Positions 52,301-61,015 of a DNA stretch of 64,000 bases are shown here, in pieces. The DNA is from an uncultured Eubacteriales bacterium (GTDB lineage Bacteria; Bacillota; Clostridia; TANB77; CAG-508). The notes beneath the pieces are model-generated. The model saw only the letters and a list, made by a program, of their open reading frames with translations, was not told the origin of the DNA and searched no databases. The stretch covers positions 150,548-214,547 of the forward strand of contig CASEOS010000001.1 in NCBI GenBank assembly GCA_949289635.1, written 5' to 3'. A program made the position numbers and the translations under genes. Each line of letters starts with the position of its first letter. Position 1 is the first letter of the stretch.

Positions 52301-54067
52301 AGTATGATTTGTTTCTGTTCCTGTTTGACCTTTATTACCTCCTCCAAATACATTTTGGGCTATATTATTTTTTGTTCCGTCCATTATTAAATTAGTTGTT
52401 CCATATACGGTAGCTGTTTCTCCATTTCCTCCTGCATATAAACTGTTTCCTATTATTGAATCTTTTACATGTACATTTGTATTTCCTGCAACTGTACCTT
52501 CATTACCACCGCCGTATACATTATCTCCTACATTAGCATTAAATAGATATACATTTGTGTCTGTTTCTACTCCTGCTTCGTTTCCTCCTCCGTATATAGC
52601 TTGTAATACCTGTCCATGAACATTTACATTTGTTATATGTGTTGAAACTTTATTTCCACCTCCATATACATTTGTTATTGTTCCTCCATTTATTGTAATA
52701 TACGGAGTTTTACAAGTTCCTCCTAGATTGTTTCCGCCATAGACATTTTCATAATTTCCACTATTTATTTCTACTGTTGTTACATTTACTGTTCCTGATG
52801 AATTTGATCCACCAAATAAATCTTTAACATTTGCACCTTCTCCATATATATATGTTTCTGGTACTCCCGCTTCATTTCCTCCTCCATATACTGCCGGTAT
52901 TTGATTGTCTGACTTTCTTAAGATTATTGTTGTTTTATTTGTATCTACTTGGTTTCCTCCACCATAAACAGCTGAAGTTATACTTCCTCCATTTATTGCA
53001 ACATTTGCATCTTGTGTTGTTCCTCCTATATTGTTTCCACCATAAATATTTTCATAATTTCCACTATTTATTTCTACTGTTGTTATATTTACTGTTCCTG
53101 ATGAATTTGATCCGCCAAATAAATCTTTAACATTTGCACCTTCTCCATATATATATGTTTCTGGCACTCCTGCTTCATTTCCTCCTCCATATACTGCTGG
53201 TATTTGGTTATCTGATTTTCTTAAGATTATTGTTGTTTTATTTGTATCTACTCGGTTTCCTCCACCATAAACAGCTGAAGTTATACTTCCTCCATTTATT
53301 GTAACATTTGCATCTTGTGTTGTTCCTCCTATATTATTTCCGCCATAAATTGTTCCTACTGTTCCTGATTGTGTTTCAATATTCGTTTTATTTACTGTTC
53401 CTGTTTGATTAGAACCACCATAAATTGTTACAGTATTTCCTCCATTTACTAAAACATCTGTTGTTTCTACATCTGCACTATTTCCTCCTGCATATACATT
53501 TGTAGAATTTCCTCCTGTTATATTTGTTGTAGTTGTTATAACTTTTGCCTGATTTCCTCCTGCAAACACATCTGTATTTGTTCCATTTTTTATATTTACA
53601 ATAGAATTTTCTACCTCTGCTCTATTTCCTCCTCCATATACTAGAGTATTTGAGCCTCCATTTATATTTACTTCTGTATCTCCTACAATTTCTCCATCAT
53701 TTCCACCACCGTAAATTGCTTGCAAATGATTTCCAGAATTTATATTTACGATTGTATTTCCTTCTGTTTTGGCGATATTTCCTCCACCATAAACTTCAGA
53801 ACTTAAATTGCTACTAATATTTACATTGGAATTTCCTACTAATTTTGCCATTTCTCCATATCCAGAAACTCCTGCTCCTGCTCCAAAGATTCTTCCATTT
53901 ATTGTAGGTGAGCCAGAAATATTAATTGTTGATATTCCTTCCATTCCGGCTAAATTTGGTAATGATGAATAATTATATCCTCGTCCTGAACCATAAATAT
54001 CTCCTTCAATTATAGGTGATCCAGAAATTGTTATATTACTATTACCATATAAAAATCCACCGGTCAT
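49364..54067 (-). CDS. Giant beta-helical repeat protein, C-terminal part of the split adhesin (no signal peptide of its own)
   Basis: About 650 aa of x-YGGGN-x(8-12)-N-[IV]-x-GG repeats, then about 900 aa of beta-rich domains. The first codons continue the repeat register of the upstream ORF. No LPXTG motif or C-terminal TM. Confidence 0.75.
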   Translation of the reverse strand: MTGGFLYGNSNITISGSPIIEGDIYGSGRGYNYSSLPNLAGMEGISTINISGSPTINGRIFGAGAGVSGYGEMAKLVGNSNVNISSNLSSEVYGGGNIAKTEGNTIVNINSGNHLQAIYGGGNDGEIVGDTEVNINGGSNTLVYGGGNRAEVENSIVNIKNGTNTDVFAGGNQAKVITTTTNITGGNSTNVYAGGNSADVETTDVLVNGGNTVTIYGGSNQTGTVNKTNIETQSGTVGTIYGGNNIGGTTQDANVTINGGSITSAVYGGGNRVDTNKTTIILRKSDNQIPAVYGGGNEAGVPETYIYGEGANVKDLFGGSNSSGTVNITTVEINSGNYENIYGGNNIGGTTQDANVAINGGSITSAVYGGGNQVDTNKTTIILRKSDNQIPAVYGGGNEAGVPETYIYGEGANVKDLFGGSNSSGTVNVTTVEINSGNYENVYGGNNLGGTCKTPYITINGGTITNVYGGGNKVSTHITNVNVHGQVLQAIYGGGNEAGVETDTNVYLFNANVGDNVYGGGNEGTVAGNTNVHVKDSIIGNSLYAGGNGETATVYGTTNLIMDGTKNNIAQNVFGGGNKGQTGTETNHTSSNVKIVGGTVGGNVYGGANTSVVYGTTSTKIGYDAVGDNSLEIGDINIVGTIFGGGEANAEGDEEYDFSFISVTDGIDILIDGNKHENFITTGSIFGSGNASSTSGKSYITIKNYGTPDDPQMNISLQRANLATIINSSISLSGATDRTNEYATTFFSISRVDEVKLKNNSVLYLQNGANLLTKLSSVVDDENGNEQKGYATINEDTGETVKNVDNRIYMLEGKNLNVATNEQVTTYGEVSGMFFFGLFSSRNGPATSTGLYYHGYNNGDTIENEGVFLSNAYVLGQHLVNHDIKVDGFYTNYNDNGVIKSNYITPTPENDTYYMWIAGEQKNVETINVELSASKYITLGTKEILLQGFSTPNVKYIVTGVSPGLMNGVELINPSEINPIEPDENKANNLLGLTIETGNTGWETKGETTFLTENGGSYTGTKEYNKDNSSYAPTFNICLYHSQNISEKRPLGEVSIMLQVLTPIDDLKYDISWINIVVTLSSNLFQDDFYEGAITPGQKFGLFTSTDTTITSKSDFSAYFSHTFSIDQIDEEDKEDYNYYDEFFSYRRALISTDSNGAPYCFPENTKLTMLDMVTNKYYYYIVTADDVAQNKYVYYLEDFIVMGSENGKYNEQEESKNYYLQDQNTFYENFIFHVSFADTNMQENITNNSLLMELRNDNNQTLVGVIGIQRDVLKYSVYCNQDAEIKLNGSIEPTTIYLGNQANLNVETTFTQTIVDSKTVYDTQYFDKKLGIKISIYDIDGNRLGIDSLLGVNFELDGQKYYPRVDGTTRISIADKVTDVLARIKINTQDNTTWATGNYKIVIESFGSSDGIYYGLTASDKIELNATIINSAYGLKVITNDTAKIVDKETGNTVDGTNSLVSTVEYSSALDNPNITVSLYRRTYNDIYDMEYEKVDLQDYVLYQLEKADKGENIDKEYIAFENPIETQEYNLRLKTDLMTGTYKLVYKLYDGENYVGEAYEYIVIK
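52739..53344. repeat. Tandem duplication, 2 x 303 bp (101 aa) inside the beta-helix
   Basis: Units 52739-53041 and 53042-53344. The protein copies GGNNIGGTTQDANV(T/A)INGG...NYEN(I/V)Y differ at 4 of 101 residues. Confidence 0.9.
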
Positions 54068-57000
54068 CTGCCGTTACATGTCTATTTAGATATTCAGTAT
54101 AACCATATCCTCCTCCATAGACATCTCCTCTAATTGTTCCTCCTGTAATGTTGATATTTACAGAACTATCAAATTCTTGTCCATAACTTTTATATGGATC
54201 AGATGAATTTTCACTATAACCTGTGACACCACCTGCTCCTGCACCATAAATATTATCTGTTATTTCTCCGCCAGATATATTTATTGTAACAGTTCCATAA
54301 TAATATGAGTCACAAGTATTTCCAGTTCCATTCGGATCACCTACAACACCCATATTTCTACCTAAACATCCACCATATAGTTCCTCGATACTTCCACCTG
54401 TTACATTAATTGTAGATGTTCCCAAAAATGTATTTTCTGGGTAATTCCAATTTCTTGGCCTTGTTTGTGAATCACCAATACTTCCTCCAATTAGACGACC
54501 AACACTACCATTTTTTATATTTTGGATAACATTTGAATAGTTATTTCCTGCAGCAGAACCTCCTGTTAACAAGTTTACATCATAATCATAACTTCCTTTA
54601 GTACTATTTTTTATGTCAATTGTAATTTCTACATGAAAACTATCTTCTTTAGAAGAACCCATAAAATCATGAGATGTTGTTTGTCCTTGACCACTTGACG
54701 TTCCAGGGCTTCCACCACCTATAATTCTTCCATAAGCTCCACTTTTAATAATGATTTTCGAATTATTTCTAGGAAGTTGTCTTTCGTTATATGCACACCA
54801 ACCTGCTATAATATGAACAGCTGGTGCATTTCCTCCAAGTAATCCCTGATTGGTATTAGAATCTGCATATCCAACCATTGTTACACCTTCGCCAATTGTC
54901 ATGTTATATCCTTGTAGATACAAGTATAACTGCTGTTCTCCTGACCACCAAGAAGAATCGTCTGTTCCATACCAGTCCAAATACATAAAATTCGTATTAG
55001 CAGTTAAATATCGATAAGAAGATGTTCCACTGTAGAAATATAATCTTCCATTATAATCTATTCCATCGTACTTTCCTGTTATTGTTGCTGGTTTATTATA
55101 TGTACTACTATTTGCTGAATTGAAAAATGAGTTAGATGAATAATTTCCCATTATTACAATTATATTACTATTTGTTGTTCCATTTCTATCTAATTTTCCA
55201 TAAGCTGTACTTAAATTCTGTACTGGAGTTTGTGGTGTAAGTCCATCATTTCGATTATTTCCGCCATTATACTGAACATATATTACAGTTCTATTTCCAT
55301 AAATAAAGCTGTTTTCAGTAGACATTTGAGGTATTTTTTCATTTGTTGCAACTAATCTATATTCCATACCATCTTGTAGATTATCTAAGTAAAGTCCTGT
55401 CTCACCTTCTAATAAGTTTTCTTCTCCTGCTATATCTAATTCATACCATTGGAAAGTAAAATCGTCTACTGTAGTATATTTAAGCCCTGGTCCTTCTAGA
55501 CTTGCAGTTACGCTGTCATTATTTTCATTTATATCAAATACTATTTCTACTCCTAATCTTTCTATAGTAAATCTAACTGCTGTGTAATATTCTCCATCAA
55601 ATACTACAACTACCCAGTTTTCATCTTCTTCATAATTTTCTTGCCATGTATATGATAAACCATCTATAGAAGTATCTTCTTCTCCATTTTTATACCAGGT
55701 AGTTTCATAATTTCCTATTTGCCACGGATCTGTTATTTCCAAATTATAAGTATTTTCAGGATTTTCATTTACAGATGATGTTAATCTTTCTTTAAAAGTA
55801 AATGTTCCATTTTCATAAAGCCATGGAAGATATGAACTATTACTATTTGTGTTATTATTAAATACATTTAGCATAGAGTTCATATCAGTTGTGTAAGTAC
55901 CTTTGTTAAGGCCTTGCACATATCCGATATTATTAGAACTATTACTTATTCTTTGATTTGAATTTCCAGATGTTACACTTCCTGTAAAACTTCTATTTTT
56001 CGCTTTATAGTTCGTATAATATAAATTATTTGTTGTTAAATTCCCTGCATCATTTCCATTCCAAATAGTTGAAAAAGTATTATATGCTGTATAACTTGTA
56101 TTATTTATTAATGCCCCAAAAATCGGTCCTATAAAACCATTAGAATTAATTGTTCCTGAATACAATGAATTTGTTGGCCAAACTGCTTGAGATCTTATTG
56201 TTCCTACAATTCCTCCTGTATGATATTGACCATATCCATTATAATCTATGTCACTACCAAACCATCCTCCATCAATTGTTCCTTGTTCTGCTGTTGCATC
56301 TAAACTAATTTGTACTTGAGAATAACAATTATCTATTACATAAGTCATCCCATTTCCAGGGTTGTTATTGTTATTATATGTATTTCCTACATACCCTACA
56401 ACTCCACCTACTGAAAATTGGAAAGGACTATCTACTAGATTTATTACATTTGTATCTTGTATTACGCTATTGTTTACTATAACATTTGTAACACTTGCAT
56501 TTCTATACATACTTCCTGTTAAAGTTCCAATGTGCAAACCTTCATCATCTTGATTTACACTTCCTCCACCCCAACCACTTCCTTGTCTTATAGTGCCTGT
56601 ATCTCCACTTGCTGTTATTTGAATGGTTATGCTAGAAAGTTCAACATTTCTTATGATACTTCTTGTATTTCCCCCTCCTATGCTTGCAAAAATACCATAG
56701 CTTTCATATGTTCTATTTGGCAAACTTGATACATTAATTGTAGCATTAGTAATAGTATGTCCTGCTCCATCAAAAATTCCTCTAAATGAATTTTGAGATG
56801 TTCCTATTGGTGTCCATTCTCTTCCGCCTAAATCTATATCATTTGCAAGTTGGAAATATCTTCCTTCATAATTTTCTCCGTTTCTTACTTTTTGTCCTAA
56901 AAATGCTAATTCTGCACCTGTTGATATTAAATATGGTCTTGCTTCTGTTCCTTCTCCCCAAGCAAAACTATCTGATACACTTCCATCCCATGCTGTTACA

Positions 57001-58034
57001 TCTGTACTTAATGCCATTGTCATAATAAGTTGATTACTTGCTGTTTCACTTTCAATTGGTTCTTCTATATTTTCTTCAGAAATAATTGCTCCTTCTTCTC
57101 GTTCTAATAAAACAAATTCAGATAAACTTTCTGTTTTGAAACCAATTTTATTTTCACCAAGTTCTATCTCATCTATTTCTTGTAATTTTACTGTTCCTTC
57201 TTCTGCATCTATTTCTACAGTTTCATTTGCTTGTGTTTTTTCTACTTCTTCTATTTCTTTTTTATCTAAAATATGTATTACTTTAAATTCTTTTTTCTTA
57301 TCTTTTCCTACATCTTCTTTTTCAATCTCTATTGTTAAATTTTCTAAAAAATCTGCCTTGTTTCCTTTTTCATCTAGTAGACTAATATCGTAAGCAGAAT
57401 TAAAACCATATTCTGTTAGATATGAATCTACTTCTGTTACATCTTCTTTTGCCTTTTCTTCTACTTTTAAAGTAGTATTATCCACAATGTATCCTCTAAC
57501 TGTTATTACTTTTTCTTCCAATTCTTCAGTAGTATATTCTTGATTGTAATAAATCCTTCCATCTTCTTCTTTTTTATCATAATCTACTTCTAATTCTATT
57601 TTTTTACTTTCAACTTCTTCGTTTGTTAAATATATTTTTTCTCCAGGTTGTTTCGAAGTTGTTTTCAAACTTTCTGTACTAGTTGTAGCAGATTCATTAT
57701 TAGTCGAATTGGTTGTATTAAATACATTAGATGTGTTTTGTTCGTTTTTTTTGCTCTTATCTTCTGCAACTTCTTTTTCAGTTATATAATATTTGCTTAC
57801 TTTTTTTCCATCTATTCTTTCTGGAAGTTTAAATGAATATCCACTCTCTCCTTCGTCTATTGCTTCCAGTTTAATACTACCATCTTGAATTAAAGCGCTT
57901 TTGTCTTTTGCATTTAATGTTATTTCTAGTAATTTATTAGCTTGTGAGTCTGTAAAAGCTTTTATTTGTAGGATTAGTAAACAAATTAAAATTATTAATA
58001 AAACAATTTTCTTTTTATTTATTTTTTCCTTCAT
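54042..58034 (-). CDS. Giant secreted protein, N-terminal part of the split adhesin (signal peptide, acidic stalk, GLUG-like/beta-helix region)
   Basis: MKEKINKKKIVLLIILICLLILQIKAFTDSQ signal with an A-F-T-D SipW-cognate-like end. ARPYLISTGAELAFLGQKV...YFQLANDIDLGGREWTPIG...FRGIFDGAGHTITN resembles the module preceding GLUG-type repeats. The C-terminal YG(A/G)G(A/Y)G repeats run into the stop. Confidence 0.75.
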   Translation of the reverse strand: MKEKINKKKIVLLIILICLLILQIKAFTDSQANKLLEITLNAKDKSALIQDGSIKLEAIDEGESGYSFKLPERIDGKKVSKYYITEKEVAEDKSKKNEQNTSNVFNTTNSTNNESATTSTESLKTTSKQPGEKIYLTNEEVESKKIELEVDYDKKEEDGRIYYNQEYTTEELEEKVITVRGYIVDNTTLKVEEKAKEDVTEVDSYLTEYGFNSAYDISLLDEKGNKADFLENLTIEIEKEDVGKDKKKEFKVIHILDKKEIEEVEKTQANETVEIDAEEGTVKLQEIDEIELGENKIGFKTESLSEFVLLEREEGAIISEENIEEPIESETASNQLIMTMALSTDVTAWDGSVSDSFAWGEGTEARPYLISTGAELAFLGQKVRNGENYEGRYFQLANDIDLGGREWTPIGTSQNSFRGIFDGAGHTITNATINVSSLPNRTYESYGIFASIGGGNTRSIIRNVELSSITIQITASGDTGTIRQGSGWGGGSVNQDDEGLHIGTLTGSMYRNASVTNVIVNNSVIQDTNVINLVDSPFQFSVGGVVGYVGNTYNNNNNPGNGMTYVIDNCYSQVQISLDATAEQGTIDGGWFGSDIDYNGYGQYHTGGIVGTIRSQAVWPTNSLYSGTINSNGFIGPIFGALINNTSYTAYNTFSTIWNGNDAGNLTTNNLYYTNYKAKNRSFTGSVTSGNSNQRISNSSNNIGYVQGLNKGTYTTDMNSMLNVFNNNTNSNSSYLPWLYENGTFTFKERLTSSVNENPENTYNLEITDPWQIGNYETTWYKNGEEDTSIDGLSYTWQENYEEDENWVVVVFDGEYYTAVRFTIERLGVEIVFDINENNDSVTASLEGPGLKYTTVDDFTFQWYELDIAGEENLLEGETGLYLDNLQDGMEYRLVATNEKIPQMSTENSFIYGNRTVIYVQYNGGNNRNDGLTPQTPVQNLSTAYGKLDRNGTTNSNIIVIMGNYSSNSFFNSANSSTYNKPATITGKYDGIDYNGRLYFYSGTSSYRYLTANTNFMYLDWYGTDDSSWWSGEQQLYLYLQGYNMTIGEGVTMVGYADSNTNQGLLGGNAPAVHIIAGWCAYNERQLPRNNSKIIIKSGAYGRIIGGGSPGTSSGQGQTTSHDFMGSSKEDSFHVEITIDIKNSTKGSYDYDVNLLTGGSAAGNNYSNVIQNIKNGSVGRLIGGSIGDSQTRPRNWNYPENTFLGTSTINVTGGSIEELYGGCLGRNMGVVGDPNGTGNTCDSYYYGTVTINISGGEITDNIYGAGAGGVTGYSENSSDPYKSYGQEFDSSVNINITGGTIRGDVYGGGYGYTEYLNRHVTADDRWIFIW

Positions 58035-58052
58035 TCTTGTCTTCCTTTATTA

Positions 58053-59594
58053 TTATTTATTTTTTAATAATTCTTTTATTTTACAAACTATATCTATATC
58101 TTCTATTTTCAATCCTGTATTTTCTAAATTCAAACTAATTTCTATTGCTTTCAAATTTCTTACTAAAGCCTCTATATTTTCCTCGTCCAAATCTTCTTTC
58201 TCTACTTTAAAGTTTAATAATCTATATCTATCTTTTATAATTATTTGTACATTTTTGTCATCTGATATATGAATATTTTTCATTATTGTATGATATGGGC
58301 TCTTCATAAAAGTTTTTAATTTTACTATTTGTTCTTCTATTTCTTGTGCTTCTATTTGATGATTATTTTTTATTAAGCAATTTGCTAGATAACTGTAATC
58401 AGATTTTGCAAGTATTAATATTTCATATAAGCTTGAGTTATCTCTTACATTTTCATATATTTTTTGGTTGAATTGTTCTTTATCTAATTCTTTATATAAT
58501 TCTTGTAATTCTGAAATTAGTTTTTCTTGTTCGATATTTTTTCCTTTTGCCTTCTTAAAAAATCCTTTTTTGTTGACTTTTTTTAATTTCTTTTCTGCAG
58601 ATTCTATTTGTTTTTTAACTTCTGAAAATTTCTTCTTATTTTCTTCTTTTTTGCTATAAATATCTTTTATATCATCTATTATGAATTTAAATTCCATATA
58701 ATTTTTGTATTCATATATATTTTTTAAAAAGTTTTCTATATTTTTATTTATTTGTTCTTTATCTATATCTTTATTATCTATTAATTTATCATATATTTCA
58801 TTTATTTTAGTTTCTGTATAATCTTGTGTTTTTAATTCTCCTTCTAAAAATTTATTAAGTAATAGTTTTTTATCTTTTTGTTCTTTTTCATTTAATTTTT
58901 CTTTTAATTCATTGTAAGCTTTTATGATTTCTTCTGGAGTTTTATCCCATTTTTTTAATAAATCACTTTTTGCTTTTTCATAATATTTATCAATTATATT
59001 TTTATTTTTTAAATAAATATTTCTAATGTTTAAACCTATTTGCATTAGTATTTCTGGACATTTCCAATAAATTTCTTCAAATTTGTTTTTTAGTTTTTCT
59101 GATGAATTATAGTCTTTTTCACTTAAAAATACTTTCATGTATTCTTTGGTATATTCACTATAATTAAAATCTTCTTTAGTTAGGTTTATTTCTACTTCTT
59201 GAAACATTTTTATGCATTCTGATATTTCTTTATTTACATCATCTAAATTTGTTCTATAATATCTACTTAAATTATATAAGATTCTATCTAAATTCATTTT
59301 TTCAAAAGAATTTTTCTCATCACTTAATAAATACAACACTTTTTCTATTGTATTTATTCTTCCTTTTAATAATTCTATTTCACTATCTTCTTCAACATTA
59401 ATAAAAGAATTATATTCTTTTTCTAATTCTTCTATTATTTCTGTTCTATATCTCTTATATGTCTTTTCTAATTCTTTTACTTTTTCTAGATATTTTTGTT
59501 CGTTTTTTTCATTATTTTTTGGAAGTGTTGATAATATTTCTTTTTCTACACTTATTTTTTCTACTGCATTACTTATTTCTTGGAAATTTTTCAT
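58053..59594 (-). CDS. K/E/N-rich coiled-coil protein, cytoplasmic, unknown function
   Basis: 513 aa with no signal peptide or TM, heptad-like K/E-rich sequence throughout. Lies 18 nt upstream of the giant gene. Confidence 0.55.
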   Translation of the reverse strand: MKNFQEISNAVEKISVEKEILSTLPKNNEKNEQKYLEKVKELEKTYKRYRTEIIEELEKEYNSFINVEEDSEIELLKGRINTIEKVLYLLSDEKNSFEKMNLDRILYNLSRYYRTNLDDVNKEISECIKMFQEVEINLTKEDFNYSEYTKEYMKVFLSEKDYNSSEKLKNKFEEIYWKCPEILMQIGLNIRNIYLKNKNIIDKYYEKAKSDLLKKWDKTPEEIIKAYNELKEKLNEKEQKDKKLLLNKFLEGELKTQDYTETKINEIYDKLIDNKDIDKEQINKNIENFLKNIYEYKNYMEFKFIIDDIKDIYSKKEENKKKFSEVKKQIESAEKKLKKVNKKGFFKKAKGKNIEQEKLISELQELYKELDKEQFNQKIYENVRDNSSLYEILILAKSDYSYLANCLIKNNHQIEAQEIEEQIVKLKTFMKSPYHTIMKNIHISDDKNVQIIIKDRYRLLNFKVEKEDLDEENIEALVRNLKAIEISLNLENTGLKIEDIDIVCKIKELLKNK

Positions 59595-59607
59595 TATACT
59601 CCATCCT

Positions 59608-59712
59608 TTATTCTTTATTTTCTATTGTTTCTTTTTCTTTATCTAAAAAGTCTAAAAAATTGTTTATTTCACCATATATTTCAATCATTTCATCTATATT
59701 TTTATTTAACAT
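59608..59712 (-). CDS. Possible 34-aa micro-ORF
   Basis: ATG 8 nt after GGAGG. Translates MLNKNIDEMIEIYGEINNFLDFLDKEKETIENKE. The stop lies 13 nt before the next gene. Confidence 0.3.
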   Translation of the reverse strand: MLNKNIDEMIEIYGEINNFLDFLDKEKETIENKE

Positions 59713-59737
59713 TTTTATACCTCCAATATACGATTTT

Positions 59738-59766
59738 ATTCTATCATAAGAGCCTTTTTTATGCAA
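59738..59766 (-). promoter_or_regulatory. Predicted internal sigma-A promoter for the downstream operon
   Basis: Minus strand TTGCAT - 17 nt - TAGAAT. A TGTCGAA heptamer (59773-59779), identical to the Spo0A-box core, lies just upstream. Confidence 0.3.
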
Positions 59767-59798
59767 TTATTTTTCGACATTTTTCCATCTAAAACAGA

Positions 59799-59839
59799 CA
59801 AAAAATATACACTAATATAATTTTTATATTAGTGCATAT
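59799..59839 (-). terminator. Strong intrinsic terminator after the 334-aa TasA-like gene
   Basis: Minus-strand 16-bp stem ATATGCACTAATATAA/TTATATTAGTGTATAT (one G-U pair), 3-nt loop, then TTTTTTG. Confidence 0.65.
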
Positions 59840-59869
59840 TTTTTATTTATTAATCTTAACTTATGGTTT

Positions 59870-60874
59870 TTAATTTTCTGGTGCATTTAATTCAATATTA
59901 AATGCTATATCTGTTCCTGATGCAGAGTTATCACAGTCAACATCTTGTCCTTCAACCCACATATAAATTCTTACTTTTGTAATACCTTCATCTATATGGA
60001 AGAAGTTTTCTACTGGTGTAATTCCATCATCTGTTCCTTTATTAGTTGTTGTTAATCCTGCACCTTTCATTTCAGCAAAATGAGTACTATCTGTACCATC
60101 ATTGATTGTAGCTCTATCTATTGGGCTTGTAATTTCTGTTTTAATTCCATAATATTTTACTGGAGCTCCACCATCTGTTATGCTTCCTCTTAAATTCGTA
60201 TATGGGTTATTTGAAATAGCTTCTTGTGTATGTGAACCTGCATTTGGTTCCCAAATTACAGTCTTTCTATTTCCTTCACTAAATGATGTACCACCAACTT
60301 GTGCTGTAACTGTTGAAGTTCCTGTTGTTTCTGGAAGTGTTCCTTCATTTATTAACGCAACTCTTGCAGCATTTTCTAGTCCTTTACTTGTTCCTACTGC
60401 TGAAACATTTGAATTTGCTGTTAATGTTAAATCCATAGCTTCATCTGCTTTTAAGAATATATCAAAAACAATATATCTATTAGTTGTGCTATCAGTTTCT
60501 TTTTTTGCTGTTAAAGCATATATACCACCTTGATCTTCATCTGGTGCCATAGTACCATAAAACATATTCATATTTCCATCTGTTACTGATCCATCTGTAG
60601 AAACAGGTTCCATTGATGTTGGTACTCTATTTGTATTTCCAGCATATGCTCCACCTGTTATGTCAGCATTTGTAATAACTGCTTTCCAATCTACCGCATT
60701 TGTTGAAATTTGTAAACCATTTGATGCTTGTACGTTTACTTCTAATGTATCAATGCTTACTGTTCTGTTTGCTGTAAACCATGCATATGTTGATGCAATT
60801 AATAATATTGCTATTAGTAATAAAACTAATAAAGATGATTTTAAATTTTTTCTGTTTTCTTTTCTTTTGCTCAT
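59870..60874 (-). CDS. TasA-like secreted protein, family A; candidate major fibre subunit
   Basis: Start set at ATG 60874 behind GAAGGGG. MSKRKENRKNLKSSLLVLLLIAILLIASTYAWFTAN is a SipW-cognate-type signal (A-W-F-T). C-terminal motif IYMWVEGQDVDC...IAFNIELN. Has its own upstream repeat array and terminator. Confidence 0.65.
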   Translation of the reverse strand: MSKRKENRKNLKSSLLVLLLIAILLIASTYAWFTANRTVSIDTLEVNVQASNGLQISTNAVDWKAVITNADITGGAYAGNTNRVPTSMEPVSTDGSVTDGNMNMFYGTMAPDEDQGGIYALTAKKETDSTTNRYIVFDIFLKADEAMDLTLTANSNVSAVGTSKGLENAARVALINEGTLPETTGTSTVTAQVGGTSFSEGNRKTVIWEPNAGSHTQEAISNNPYTNLRGSITDGGAPVKYYGIKTEITSPIDRATINDGTDSTHFAEMKGAGLTTTNKGTDDGITPVENFFHIDEGITKVRIYMWVEGQDVDCDNSASGTDIAFNIELNAPEN

Positions 60875-60954
60875 TATATTTACCCCTTCTTTACTAAAAT
60901 AATTCATTAATAAATTATCATAACACTTTTTCTCTGTCAATAATTGTAGATATT

Positions 60955-61015
60955 TTGTAATATAATTGTAATTTTTGTCATTTTTGTAATATTATTGTAA
61001 TATTATTCTTGTGCA
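60955..61015 (-). promoter_or_regulatory. Phased array of six TTGT(A/C/G)(A/C) direct repeats (candidate operator array)
   Basis: TTGTAAT-like words begin at 60955, 60966, 60975, 60984, 60995 and 61009, spaced 9-14 nt. The array lies 80-140 nt upstream of the 60874 start. Confidence 0.5.

Noticed and set aside
49364-58034. Sortase-mediated or S-layer-type anchoring of the giant protein.
   Set aside because: No LPXTG-like motif with a hydrophobic tail is present, and no SLH, choline-binding, LysM or CWB2 repeats are recognisable at either end.
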